From: the human T2T-CHM13v2.0 reference genome, Homo sapiens
Assembly: GCF_009914755.1 (NCBI RefSeq)
Contig: NC_060947.1
Reading direction: 5' to 3' (one strand)
DNA length: 64,000 nt
Below the pieces are notes generated by a model. The model was not told the origin of the DNA and ran no database searches. It was given only the letters and a program-made list of their open reading frames with translations. Both the position numbers and the translations under genes were made by a program. Numbering within the stretch: the stretch's first letter is position 1; each line of letters begins with the position of its first letter. Shown here piece after piece: positions 18,341 through 37,022 of the stretch.

Positions 18341-18929
18341 GCAACCCCCAATTAGAAGGGAAGGCCTTCAAACAGGTCTCTGCCACCAGCTTTTAACACC
18401 ATTTCAATGTCATACCAACCCCCTCCTTGGCCCCTGAGTCCCTTCCGACGTCCCACACAGAGCCCCTCCTCCAGCCACTCACATCCTTGTGGACATCCGG
18501 TTGCTGGACTTCAGCCCCGGCCCTTGCTCAGTAATTCCTACAACGCCCGTCCGTGACATCTGGGCTAAGACCTGAGACCAACCTTGTCCAAAAGACCCCG
18601 AAAATTCCTGACTCTTTGAGACCTTCTCCTCTCCTCCTGCCCCCATCTCCTCATCCCCACTTTCCCTCCCTGGAGTTTCTGCTGCTCTGAGCACCTCAAA
18701 CTCACCCTCACCCCCAGGTCCTGGTGATGTCCAAGCCGACTGCTGGGATGATGCAGTTCCCACAGACCTCCCCTGGCCACCCACCAGCATTCCAGCCTTT
18801 GCTTGGAGACTCCTCCTTCACCTTTCTCAAGAGGCAGTTCCCTTGAGGGTTTTCTCCATGGCACTTGATCACACAACTTCAGTTTCTGAAGGTCTTGATT
18901 TGTGGACGTGCCCCCCATGGCCCTGTTCG

Positions 18930-21240
18930 TGGCATTCAATGAGTATCAGGGGATTGTGGCGTTCGGTGTGTATCAGTGTGTAGTGGCATTGATGGTATAT
19001 CCGTGCGTTGAGGCATTTAGAGTGTATTGAGTGTGTACAAGTGTATCATGGTATTGATTGCATATAAGTGCATTGTGGGATTGAGTGTGTATCAGTTCAT
19101 TATGAGATTGAGTGTGTATCAGTGCATTGTGGGATTGAGTGTGTATCAGTGCATTGTGGGATTGAGTGCATTGTGGGATTAAGTGCGTATGAGTGCATTG
19201 TGGGATTGACTATATATCAGTGCATTGTGGGATTGAGTGTGTATCAGCGCATTATGGGATTGAGTGTGTATCAGTGCATTGTGGCATTGAGTGCATATGA
19301 GTGCATTGTGGGATTGAGTGTGTATGAGTGCATTGTGGGATTGAGTGTGTATCAGTGCATTGTGGGATTGCATGTGTATCAGTGCATTCTGGGATTGAGG
19401 GCATATGAGTGCATTGTGGGATGGTGTATCAGTGCATTGTGGGATTGAGTGTGTATCAGTGCATTGTGGGATTGAGTGCATTGTGGGATTGAGTGCGTAT
19501 GAGTGCATTGTGGGATTGACTATATATCAGTGCATTGTGGGATTGAGTGTGTATCAGTGCATTATGGGATTGAGTGCATATGAGTGCATTGTGGGATTGA
19601 GTGTCTTTCAGTGCATTGTGGGATTGAGTGCATGTGAGTGCATTGTGGGATTGAGTGTGTATTAGTGCATTGTGGGATTGAGTGCATATGAGTGCATTGT
19701 GGGATTGAGTGTGTTTGAGTGCATTGTGGGATTGAGTGTGTATCAGTGCATTATGGGATTGAGTGCATATGAGTGCATTGTGGGATTGAGTGTGTATCAG
19801 TGCATTATGTGATTGAGTGCGTATCAGTGCATTGTGGCATTGAGTGCATATGAGTGCATTGTGGGATTGAGTGTCTATCAGTGCATTATGTGATTGAGTA
19901 TATATCAGTGCATTGTGGGATTGAGTGTCTTTCAGTGCATTGTGGGATTGAGTGCATATGAGTGCATTGTGGGATTGTGTATCAGTGCATTGTGGGATTG
20001 AGTGCATATCAGTGCATTGTGGCATTCAGCGTGTATCAGCGCATTGTGGCACTTAGTGTATATTGAGTGTGTACAAGTGCCTTGTGGCATTGAGTGCATA
20101 TGAATGCCTAGAAGCATTAAGTGCATATCAGTGCCTTGTGGCATTTAATGTATATCAGTGCATTGTGGCATTTAATATATATTGGTGCATTGTAGCATTG
20201 AGTGCATTGTGGCATTGAGTGTGTATTGAGTGTGTACAAATGCATTGTGGCATTGAGTGCATATGAGAGCATCATGGAATTCAGTGCACATTAGTAAATC
20301 ATAGCATTTAATCTATGTCACTGAATTGTGGCATTGAGTGCATATGAATGCCTAGAAGCATTAAGTGCATATCAGTGCCTTGTGGCATTTAATGTATATC
20401 AGTGCATTGTGGCATTTAATATATATTGGTGCATTGTAGCATTGAGTGCATTGTGGCATTGAGTGTGTATTGAGTGTGTACAAATGCATTGTGGCATTGA
20501 GTGCATATGAGAGCATCATGGAATTCAGTGCACATTAGTAAATCATAGCATTTAATCTATGTCACTGAATTGTGGCATTGAGTGCATACAAGTACATTGT
20601 GGCATTGAGTGTGTATCAGAGAATCATGGCATTTGATGTATATCAGGGCATTGTGGCATTGAGCGCCTATGAGTGCATTGCAGCGTTGACTGCCTATCAG
20701 TGCATGGTGGCATTCAGCACGTATCAGTGCATCGTAATGTTGAGTGCGTATCAGTGCATTGTGGCATTGAGTGTGTATCAGTGCATTGTGGCATTCAGCA
20801 TGTATCAGTGCATCATAATATTGAGTGCATATCAGTGCATTGTGGCACTTAGTGTGTATTGAGTGTGTACAAGTGCACGGTGGCATTGAGTGCGTATCAG
20901 TGCATTGTGGAATTCAGTGCATATCAGTGAATTGTGGCATTTAATCTATATCAGTGAATTGTGGCATTGAGTGCATATGAGTGCATTGTGGCATAGAGTG
21001 TGTATCAGTGCATTGTGACATTCAGCATGTATCAGTGCATTGAAACGTTGAGTGCATATCAGTGCATTGTGGCATTGAGGGTGTATCAGTGCATTGTGGC
21101 ATTGAGTGCATATGAGTGCACTGTGGAATTCAGTGCATATCAGTGAATTGTAGCATTTAATGTATATCAATGCATTGTGGCATTGTGTGCATTGTGGCAT
21201 TGAGAGTGTATCAGTGCCTCTCGGTATTGCGTGTGTATTG
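18930..21240. repeat. 27-bp minisatellite
   Basis: Unit gattgagtgtgtatcagtgcattgtgg / cattgagtgcatatcagtgcattgtgg; 9-aa periodic ORFs (HTQSHNALI). Confidence 0.97.
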
Positions 21241-21550
21241 GTGAACAGGTGCTTCACCTGCTCCTCTCATGGTCCGCCCAGGAATCTCATATTTACTGTC
21301 CAGAGTCACGAAGGACCCTCCCCAGAGAGACTTCCCATTGAGAGACCCCTCCCCACTGAGTCAGACCCCTCGTCCCTCTCAAAGGCCACCTCTGAGACTG
21401 TCACACTTTGTCATGGGAATCCGGGGGCCCCTGGCATACTCTGTCCATGTTTGCCCAGCAAACACCATAGCGTAATAAAGGCAGAAGGAGATTCAGGGGC
21501 ACGATGGGCTTACGGGAGGCCACCAGCCACGGGGAATCTGGCATTCATAA

Positions 21551-21775
21551 GGAGCATGCAGTGAAATCTAGATCCCTCACATGCACGGTTCACAGTAGGG
21601 TTTGTGCTCCTATGAGCATCAAATGCGTCTGCTGCTGATCTAACAGGAGGTGGGGCTCAAGCCATAATGGGAGAGATGGGGAGTGGCTGTGAACACAGAT
21701 GAAGTTTTGCTTGCTTGCCCACCGCTCACCTCTTGCTGTGGGACCTGGTTCCTTAGAAGCCACTGACTAGCACCA
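21551..21775 (+). mobile_element. MER1 (hAT-Charlie) 3' fragment
   Basis: Near-identical to 28353-28572. Confidence 0.9.
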
Positions 21776-22540
21776 GCAGCTGCAGTGTGTGGAGGCCTCC
21801 AGGAGCCAAACCCAGGATTTTTCCCATGGAATTGGACTCCATTCCAAACATGCATCCCGGGGCCACTCTGCTGACTGGGTCGCCTTCCTGTGTGGCTTGA
21901 AGTAAATGCAAGATTCGCTGTCCTGAAGCAAATGAATCTGAAGTTCAAGGCAGAGCAGACGTGGAGGGACGGGTGGCCGATCTGTCTACACGTTAGGCAT
22001 TCTTCGTCACTACCAGGGGCACCATTGACTGCTCTTGATTTAATCCGTGTAACAGACTGGAGAAGCCCATTATCCAAGAGTCAAGGTACAATCAATATAT
22101 TTTGCAAAATAAAGAGTCTATTGGGTGCACACTAATAAAGAAAAAGAAAGCAAACCCTGTAGGTTTAATTTAGAGCTCACCCCCACCTCTTCCCACCTCA
22201 GCCCTGAAGTCGCCAAGACTCGTCATAAAACCGTTTCCTTGTTAATCCTCGCCGAGGTGTTTTTCTGTGCCCAGAGCCTGGCTTGGGAAATGAATGACGG
22301 GGTGATGGTTAGAAAACCAGGACACAATGTGGGGGCCACAGAAACATATATTGGGGATGCCTAAGGCACTTGGAGGTGATGGCTGAGGGCTCCACGCCTG
22401 GGGTACGTGGTAGGGAGGAAGATTGGATTAAGTGAAATGCTGTTGACTTAATCCCAATGGGTTTTAACAAGAAATCAAACCCAGAGGTGTCTGTTCTCAG
22501 GGAAGAGCTGCAGGAAGGGGGAAGATGGAACGTTGTACCC

Positions 22541-23175
<635 letters not shown>

Positions 23176-23499
23176 ATGAAAAAAGAATGCTGCACCCGGA
23201 AGAAGCACATCGCAGCCATCCCTGACAATTGCTTGGATGCTACAATGGTGAATTTTATAAGTCAGTCTGATCAGGTCTTGCAATGAACACGTTAAACATG
23301 ATTTCTGGATGTATCTGTGAGGATGTTTCTAGAGGAGACTAGCATTTGAGTTCATGGGCTCACGAAAAGAAACATCATCCGCTTTAAAACTGGTAAGGAT
23401 AGGCCTTCTGTTGAGGGTGTGCAACAGGATTTGCTCCATTTCTCCTGCAACACTACTTGAGCTGGGACATCTCATTCCATCATCTGTCTTCAGACTGGC

Positions 23500-25280
23500 T
23501 CTTACAGCCTCGGTTCTTCTGGGTCTCAGGCCTTCAGCTAAGTTAGGGTCTTCACGCTATCAACTCTACTGCATTTCAGACCTTCAAACTCAGACTAGAA
23601 CTCACACCCTCAGCTCTCCTGGGTCTCTGGACTTCAGACTCACACTGGAACTCACACCCTCAGCTCTCCTGGGTCTCAGGACTTCACACTCAGACTAGAA
23701 CCCACACCCTCAGCTCTCCTGGGTCTCTGGACTTCAGACTCACACTGGAACTCACACCCTCAGTTCTCCTAGGTCTCAGACCTTCAGACTCAGACTAGAA
23801 CTCACACCCTCGGCTCTCCTGGGCCTCAGGCATTCAGACTCAGACTAGAACTCACACTCTCAGCTCTTCCAGGTCTCGGGCCTTCAGACTCACACGGGAA
23901 CTCACACCGTCAGTTCTCCTAGGTCTCAGACCTTCACACTCAGACTGGAACTAGGGACCCTTGGCTCTCCTGGGTCTCAGACCTTCAGACTCAGACTAGA
24001 ACTCACACCCTCGGCTCTCCTGGGTCTCAGGCCTTCAGACTCAGACTGAAACTCACACCCTCAGCTCTCCTGGGTCTCAGGACTTCTGACTCACACTGGA
24101 ACTCACACCCTCAGCTCTCCTAGGTCTCAGATCTTCAGACTCAGACTGGAACTCACACCCTCAGCTCTCCTGGGTCTCAGGACTTCAGACTCTGTCTGAA
24201 ACTAGGGACCCTTGGCTCTCCTGGGTCTCAGGACTTCAGACTCAGACTGGAACTCACACCCTCAGCTCTCCTGGATCTCAGGCCTTCAGACTCAGACCGG
24301 AACTCACACCCTCAGCTCTCCTGGGTCTCAGGACTTCTGACTCACACTGGAACTCACACCCTCAGTTCTCCTAGGTCTCAGACCTTCAGACTCAGACTAG
24401 AACTCACACCCTCAGCTCTCCTAGGTCTCAGACCTTCAGACTCAGACTAGAACTCACACCCTCGGCTCTCCTGGATCTCAGGCCTTCAGACTCAGACTGA
24501 AACTCACACCCTTAGCTCTCCTGGGTCTCAGGACTTCTGACTCACACTGGAACTCACACCCTCAGTTCTCCTACGTCTCAGACCTTCAGACTCAGACTAG
24601 AACTCACACCCTCAGCTCTCCTGGGTCTCTGGACTTCAGACTCACACTGGAACTCACACCCTCAGCTCTCCTGGGTCTCTGGACTTCAGACTCACACTGG
24701 AACTCACACCCTCAGCTCTCCTGGGTCTCAGGACTTCACACTCAGACTAGAACTCACACCCTCAGCTCTCCTGGATCTCAGGACTTCACACTCAGACTGG
24801 AACTCACACCCTCAGCTCTCCTGGGTCTCAGGACTTCAGACTCAGTCTGAAACTAGGGACCCTTGGCTTTCCTGGGTCTCAGGACTTCAGACTCATACTG
24901 GAACTCACACCCTCAGCTCTCCTGGATCTCAGGCCTTCAGACTCAGACCGGAACTCACACCCTCAGTTCTCCTAGGTCTCAGACCTTCAGACTCAAACTA
25001 GAACTCACACCCTCAGCTCTCCTGGGTCTCAGGACTTCTGACTCACACTGGAACTCACACCCTCAGTTCTCCTAGGTCTCAGACCTTCAGACTCAGACTA
25101 GAACTCACACCCTCAGCTCTCCTAAGTCTCAGACCTTCAGACTCAGACTAGAACTCACACCCTCGGCTCTCCTGGGTCTCAGGACTTCACACTCAGACTG
25201 GAACTCACAACCTCCGCTCTCCTGGGTCTCAGGCCTTCAGACTCAGACTGGAACTAGGGACCCTTGGCTCTCCTGGATCT
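23500..25280. repeat. 50-bp VNTR, ~35 copies
   Basis: Unit cttcagactcagactagaactcacaccctcagctctcctgggtctcagga. Confidence 0.98.
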
Positions 25281-25577
25281 CTGTCTTTCTAGCAGTAGAT
25301 TAAGGAACTTCTCAGCTTCCATATTTAACTGACCTATTTTCTCATAATAAATCTAGCATCTATCTATCTATCATCTATCTATCTATCTATCTATCTATCA
25401 TCATCTATTATATTATATTATCTACCTATCTGTTTATTATCTGTTTATCATTTGTTATTATCCCTACTATCATCTGAAAATCATGTTTTTATCATATATC
25501 TATTTATTATTCATCTACTTATCCCCTGTCTCTGTAGCTTCTACATAGCTATCTATCATTTATCTATCTCTTCTCTG

Positions 25578-25876
25578 TTTTTTTTTTTCTGTTTTTAGAT
25601 GGAGTTTCACTCTTGTTGTCCAGGCTAGAGAGCAATGGCGTGATCTTGGCTCATTACAACTCTGCCTCCCAGGTGCAAATGATTCTCCTGCCTCAGCCTC
25701 CCGAGTAGCTGGGGTTACAGGCATCTGCCACCATGCCCAGCTAATGTTTTGTATTTTTAGTAGAGACAGGGTTTCACCATGTTGGCCAGGCTGGTCTCGA
25801 ACTCCTGACCTCGTGATCCACCCGCCTCATCCTCCCAAAGTGCTGGGAATACAGGCGTGAGCCACCATGCTTGGCC
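25578..25876 (-). mobile_element. Alu (S-type)
   Basis: Alu consensus match. Confidence 0.95.
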
Positions 25877-26026
25877 TATCTTTCCCCTGTTGAATCTGTT
25901 TCTCTGGAAGGCTTGAGGAATATAGACATCTCTACTTTGTCATGGTTTCATTCACTCATTACAATGTCACCTCACTATATACCTGGTGCTTAAGAAAGGT
26001 CCGATAGACAATGTTGGGTAATGGGA

Positions 26027-26432
26027 TGTATTTCTTGCTGATAACAGAATACCTGAAACTGAGTAAATGATAAGAAACCAAATTTATTCTTACAGTTCTG
26101 GAGGCTCAATAATTCTAGGTCAAGGGGCGGCATCTGGTGAGGGCCTCCTTGCTATTGGGGACTCACTGCTGAGTCCCAAGGTGACACAGGTATCACATGG
26201 TGATGGGGCCGAGAGTGCTAACTCAGGTCTCTCTTCCACTTCTTATAAAGCCACTAGTCCCACTCCCTTGATAAACCATTAATCCATTAATTTATGATTG
26301 GATTAATCCATCTCTAAGAGCAGAGCCTTCACGGCCCAATCACCTCTTAAATAACTCACCTCTCAATGCTGCCATGTAGGGGATAAAGTCTCCCCAGGAG
26401 TTTTGGAGGGAACAAATATTCACACCTTAGCA
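26027..26432 (-). mobile_element. MaLR LTR (MST-like)
   Basis: ataacagaatacctgaaactg...aatttattcttacagttctggaggct...catctggtgagggcct...aaatattcacaccttagca. Confidence 0.8.
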
Positions 26433-27502
26433 TGGGGCTTGGATGACCTCCTAGTGTCCTCACTGTGGTGGTCTCCGGGCATGCATCTCTGTTCATGGCT
26501 CAGCCATCCACATGGTCCCAGAAGAGCCACCACAATCTACGTGGATGAAGTTCAGGGTTTTCAGACTCAAGATTTCTGGGATCCATCAACTGATGGCAGA
26601 TGTCCTCAGCAAACACCACCAGAGTTACTTGAATCAACAACACCTCAAGTTGCTCGAAACTCGGACAAATTTGGAACCAAGCGTATCACCATTGGAGAGA
26701 AGAGACCCATCGCTTTTTTCTTTGGGAGTGTTCATGGAGGTGGATGGATAAGAGTGTAAGGAAGGTTGAGAGGTTAGTAGAGACGAGCTTTCACCATGTT
26801 GGCCAGGCTGGTCTCTAACTCCTGACCTCGTGATCCACCCTCCTCATCCTCATCCAGAGCAAGACTGGCTATTTTCCATTCTTAAATTGAGTAAAACTAT
26901 CAGCCCTTTGCAAAACAGAACTCAAGGGGTGAGGGGTACTGTCTTCTGCATCGTCCACCTCCATTGCTGGTGGCAGTTATCCCCTGAAACCACCTTCGCC
27001 TGGAGCCATCCCAGCTTCTGCCCACATGATGGTTCCCCTTTCCTCATCTTCCTTTTTCCTCCTCCCACTTGTCCCACTTGTATCTTGAGGTTTTGCTGTA
27101 CTACAAACAGAATCTGATAAAATAATCTTGACTAAGCCAATGAGTAAAAAAACCCTTGAGTACAGTCTTCCTCGCTCTTCCTGATTTGGACAAGAAGCTT
27201 GCAAATATGCTGGTATCTTCAGAAGAATGGCTGCTATGGGGTTATGGGTGAGAAGTCAGTTTTCTCCTCTGGTTTTTCATGGGTATTTTAAAATTACAGC
27301 CAAGGGTAGCAGCAGTTCTCCCTCCCTAGCAGCTATGAGTCTATGGAAGGGTTTGTGTCCATGCTTTCTGAAATAATTACCAGAGCTAACCACATTCTAT
27401 GTTTGGCTGTTTTTTCTTCTCCAAATGCATCTGGAGACCCACTTGGCAGCAGGAAGGTTGCTGGGTGCTCAGAGCATCTTACTCCAGGGAAGGATGGTGA
27501 TA

Positions 27503-27595
27503 GGATAGATAGACAGACAGACAGATAGAAAAATCAATAGATAGATATCTAGATAGATAGATGGCGGATAGATAGGCAGGCAGAGATAGATGATT

Positions 27596-27646
<51 letters not shown>

Positions 27647-27683
27647 GATAGATAATAGACACATAGATGATAGATAGATAGAT

Positions 27684-27738
<55 letters not shown>
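27503..27738. repeat. (GATA)n tetranucleotide repeat
   Basis: Seen directly. Confidence 0.97.
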
Positions 27739-27844
27739 GTAATGTGTTTGAATCATCCCAAAGTCACCTCCCCAACCCCCATTTCATGGAAAACTAGTCT
27801 TCCAGGAAACTGGTCCCTGGTACCAAAAAGGTTGGGGGCCGCTG
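27738..27844 (-). mobile_element. MER1 5' terminal fragment
   Basis: Reverse complement cagcggcccccaacctttttggtaccagggaccagtttc... Confidence 0.85.
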
Positions 27845-27854
27845 ATATAGGGGT

Positions 27855-28665
27855 ATTTGTGTCCTTATGAGAAGGGGAAGAGACCCCAGAACTCTCTCTG
27901 TCTCTCTCTCTCTTTCTCTCTCTGTCTCCACTGTGTGAGGACACAGCAAGAAGGCAGCCGTTTGCAGACCAGAAAGAGAGCCCTCACCAGACACTGAGTC
28001 TGCCCTGTCCACACCTTGATCTCAGACTTCCAGCCTCCAGAACCACGAGAAAATAAATGTCTGCTGTTTAACCCAGCGGTCCCCAGCCTTTTTGGCACCA
28101 AGGACCACTTTCACGGAAGACAATTGTTCCACGAACTGGGGAGGGGGTCTGGTTTGGGGATGATTCACGTGCATTACATTGATTGTGTACTTTATTTCTA
28201 TTATCATTGCATTGTAATATATAATGAAATAATTATCCATCTCAGCATAATGTAGCATCGGTGGGTGCCCTGAGCTTGTTTACCTGCAACTAGATTGTCC
28301 CCTGTGGGGGTGATGGGAGACACAGTAGAGCATCAGGTATTGATTCTCATCAGGAGCATGCAGTGAAATCTAGATCCCTCACATGCATGGTTCACAGTAG
28401 GGTTTGTGCTCCTATGAGCATCAAATGCCTCTGCTGCTGATCTGACAGGAGGTGGGGCTCAAGCTGTAATGGGAGAGATGGGGAGTGGCTGGGAACACAG
28501 ATGAAGCTTTGCTTGCTTGTCCACTGCTCACCTCCTGCTGTGGCACCTGGTTCTTCAGAAGCCACTGACTAGTAGCAATCTGTGGCGCAAGGGTTGGGAG
28601 ACCCTGGTTTAACCCACCCAGTCTGTAGTCCCCTGTCATGGGCAGCCTAAACAAAACTAATGCAA
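27855..28665 (+). mobile_element. MLT1A-like MaLR LTR fragment interrupted by MER1A
   Basis: tgtgaggacacagcaagaaggcagcc...ccttgatctcagacttccagcctccagaac...aataaatgtctgctgtttaacc | cacccagtctgtag. Confidence 0.8.
28074..28606 (+). mobile_element. Full-length MER1A (hAT-Charlie) DNA transposon
   Basis: TIRs cagcggtcccca / ttgggagaccctg; 8-bp TSD gtttaacc at 28066 and 28607. Confidence 0.93.
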
Positions 28666-28777
28666 GCACCTGCCCCTGCAGGCAGTGAGCATAGGCTGTT
28701 TCCAAGCCCACCAAAGAGGCCACCTCTCTTGTAATTATAGTTGTATTTCTCATTGATGACAGATATAAAAATCCTTA

Positions 28778-29905
<1,128 letters not shown>

Positions 29906-30377
29906 CTAGAAGGATGCTGGCTAACTGGTACCAATTGCCTACATCCTATGACTCATCATGTCCCAGGTACGAGTGCCCACGTAGGTGGTGGTCGTAGCTT
30001 CTGTTCTCATCAGCTTGATTTTTCAGAAAATTGTATCCTGGAATAGCCACTTATTGGCATTAGAGAGAGAAAGATGCTGATTATAATAACTCCTGTGGCT
30101 TGAAGTATTGGGTCCAAGCTGCTACTAAGTTAACTGGAACATGTTCTATTCATTTGTTAGTGCCTAAAATTAACCAGGCTCCTTGAGGCCCTGAACACAT
30201 TGTTCCGGAAATACATCAGTATTGATCACTGCTGCATTTCCTCATTAAATAGGGCAGCTGGGGTATTTTTAGCACAAAACACTGAAACAGAACAAAATGT
30301 GATTATCTATGTCGTTATGGTAATACAGAAGTCCCAGATTTGACTTCTTTCAAAAAAGGAGGTCTTTATATTCATAA

Positions 30378-30529
30378 AAAAGAGACAGACAGAAAGATGG
30401 AAAAAAGAAAGAGAAAGAAAGAAAGAAGGAAAGAAAGAGAAAAAAGAGAGAAAAAATAAAGAGAAAGAAGAAATAAGAAAGAAAAAGAAGAAAGAGACAC
30501 AGAGAGAAATAAAGAAAGAAAGAAAGAAA

Positions 30530-30577
<48 letters not shown>

Positions 30578-30636
30578 AAAAGAAAAGCAAGCAAGCAAGC
30601 AAGCAGGAAAGAGAAAGGAAGAAAAAGAAAGAAACA

Positions 30637-30692
<56 letters not shown>

Positions 30693-30733
30693 AACAAAGG
30701 GAGAGAAAGAAAAAAGAAAGGAAGGAAGGAAGG
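30378..30733. repeat. (GAAA)n purine tract
   Basis: Seen directly. Confidence 0.95.
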
Positions 30734-31447
<714 letters not shown>

Positions 31448-31609
31448 GATTCTTTAAAAAAAATTAATAAATATCTGGCAGAATCTTAACAGTGAGAAGA
31501 TACTGTATTCATTGCCAAGGGCTGGGGCAGTGCAGAGGTGAAAGAGATACATTGAGGATCAGATGCAGAATGTTGGAGTGGTTCACAGTTTAGTATAACC
31601 CAGCATATT

Positions 31610-31825
31610 GGGGGTGTTGCAAACGAAGCCAATCCGGCCCCCTGCACGTTACTGTCAATAAAGTTTTATTGAAACATGGTCACACACACATTCTTGTGCA
31701 CACCGTCTGTGGCTGCTTTCCTGCCACAAGGGCAGAGCTAAATCCTTGCATGGCAGACTGTGTGGTCCACAAAACTGAAAATATTGACTATCTGGCTCTT
31801 CACTTAAAAGATTTGCCCACCTCTG
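31610..31825 (+). mobile_element. MER58-like hAT DNA transposon
   Basis: aataaagttttattgaaaca...tgtggctgcttt...aaaactgaaaatattgactatctggctctt. Confidence 0.75.
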
Positions 31826-31874
31826 GTCTAACTGGTGTTGGAGGAATGCTTCGTAGTGACTCAGCCACTCCTGG

Positions 31875-32224
31875 TTTCTTTTTTCTTTTTTCTTTCTTTT
31901 CTTTTCTTTTTTTTTTTCTTTTTTTTTTTTTTGTTTTTTTTTTGAGACTGTGTCTTACTCTGTCACCCAGGCTGAAGTGCAGTGGCTTTATCTCAGCACA
32001 CTGAACCTCCGCCTCCTGGTTCAAGCGATTCTCCTGCATCAGCGTCCTGAGTAGCTGGGATTACAGGCTCTTGCCACCATGCCCTGCTAATTTTTGTATT
32101 TTTAGTAGAGACAGGATTTCGCCATGTTGGCCAGGCTGGTCTCGAACTTCTGACCTCATGATCCACCCACCTCGGCCTCCCAAAGTGCTGGAATCTTACA
32201 GGTTTGAGCCACCACGCCCAGCCC
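31875..32224 (-). mobile_element. Alu (S-type)
   Basis: Alu consensus with long T tail. Confidence 0.95.
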
Positions 32225-32748
32225 AAATAATTTTTATTTAATATATTTAATATAAATATTAAATAAATAAATTTACTAAATATAAATATTAAACAAATGT
32301 TTATTCATTAATATAAATATTACACAAATATTTATTTAATATTTATCTTAATGAATTAATTTACATAAATTTATTCATTTATATCTTACACAAATATTTA
32401 ATATTTTTATTAAGGAATTAAATTTATTAATTATATATTACACAAATATTTAATATTTATATGAAGGGATAAATTTAAATAAATTTATTCATTTATATAT
32501 TACACAAATATTTAATATTTATATGAAGAATAAATTTAAATAAATTTATTCGTTAATATATATTACACAAATATTTAATATTTATATGAAGGAATAAATT
32601 TAAATAAATTTATTCATTAATATATATTACACTAATATTTAATATTTATATGAAGGAATAACTTTATTTAAATAAATTTATTCCTTCATATAAATATTAA
32701 ATAAAAGTATACAATAAATAAATTTATATTAAAATATATTTTTTAAAA
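32225..32748. repeat. AT-rich ~62-64 bp minisatellite ending in a palindrome
   Basis: Unit acacaaatatttaatatttatatgaaggaataaatttaaataaatttattc... Confidence 0.9.
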
Positions 32749-33336
32749 TCCTGTTACCAAATATATGTATTTGGATATAGCAGAAGCACGTGAAAGAGGA
32801 AAATGACCATCACAGCAGCATTCTTGGAATTATCTACTAAGGTAAAGGAGCCCCTTGGGGCAGGTGGTGATCGCTAATCGAGGATCCCCTTGGAGAGCTG
32901 GTTGGTTTTGACTTGGTGGTCCTCTCTCCTGTTGGTTTCCGGGGAGTGGTCAACACATGGGCAGACAAGGTATATAGCTCTTTTGGGGGTCTATGGAGAA
33001 TCAGAGCCCCTCCATGAACCCAGCTAAAGAGGCAACACATGCTTAATTCCATTCCACACTCAGGGAAGTCAACTCTAACAACGCAGAAGAAAGATGAGAA
33101 GGACAAAAATGTCCATTCGGTTTGAGAGATGAACTCCCACATCTGTGGGCAGAAGGCCAAAGTTAGCCCCAAAGGCACACCCCGTCCACTCCAGGTGCTG
33201 TGTGTGTGTGGGCGTTAGCCTTCCAGGGACTTCACGGCCAAGAAGACAATTGCCCCACGGAGCTGGGACGACCCTCTTTTCTGAGCCATTTCAGAATGCC
33301 AGCCAGGGAATTCCTATTGAGCAGGTGCAAAAGTAC

Positions 33337-34258
<922 letters not shown>

Positions 34259-34289
34259 TAAATGATGTCTACAAAAAGCAAATCCTACA

Positions 34290-35646
<1,357 letters not shown>

Positions 35647-35692
35647 TCCAAGTTCTATTGTAACCCATCTCTAACTTTGATTGTAACTGTAG

Positions 35693-36176
35693 GGAGGACA
35701 GATAGAATAGAATTTAGACCCAGGCTGGGTGCAGTGGTTCATGCCTGCAGTCCCAGCACTTTGGGAGGCTGAGGCAGGTGCATTGCTTGAATCCAGGCTG
35801 AGTGGTACAAAAAGTACCCTCAACTCTACAGTTGGGAGAGTAGACATTTAGACCCGGACAGAGTGTCTGTCCAGGCCTAAATTCTATTCTTTTTTCCTTT
35901 TTTTTTTCTTTTTGAGGCAGGGCCTCGCTCTATCATTCTGGCTGGACTGCCGTGGTACAGCCTCGGCTCATTGCAACCTCTGCCCCCTGGGCTCCTGCCT
36001 CAGCCTCCTGAGTAGCTGGGATCACAGGTGCCCGCCACCACGCCTGGCTAAGTTTTGTATTTTTGGTAGAGTTGGGTGTTTTTGTGTGTGTCATTCAGGC
36101 TGGGTTCAAGCAATCCACCTGTCTCGGGCTCTCAAAGTGCTGGGACTAACAGGCGTGAACCACTGCACCCAGCCTG
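35693..36176. repeat. Duplicated block, copy B, continuing into a minus-strand Alu
   Basis: Collinear with 33337-33751. Confidence 0.9.
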
Positions 36177-36335
36177 GGTCTAAATTATATTCTACCTGTA
36201 GGCAGGACAGATAGAATAGAATTTAGAGATGGGTTAGAATAGCATTTAGAGATGGATTATTTTTTGTTTGTTTGATTTTGCTACAGGGCAGGGTGCTCAA
36301 AAGCAGCTGTGAGTCTGTTTAGATAACAGTGGACA

Positions 36336-37022
<687 letters not shown>

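Larger units (their letters stand above)
23241..25925 (+). mobile_element. MLT2 (B/C/D-like) ERVL LTR hosting a VNTR, (TATC)n and an Alu
   Basis: 5' atggtgaattttat...tctgtgaggatgtttctagaggagactagcatttgag; 3' ataataaatct...cctgttgaatctgtttctctggaag. Confidence 0.7.
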
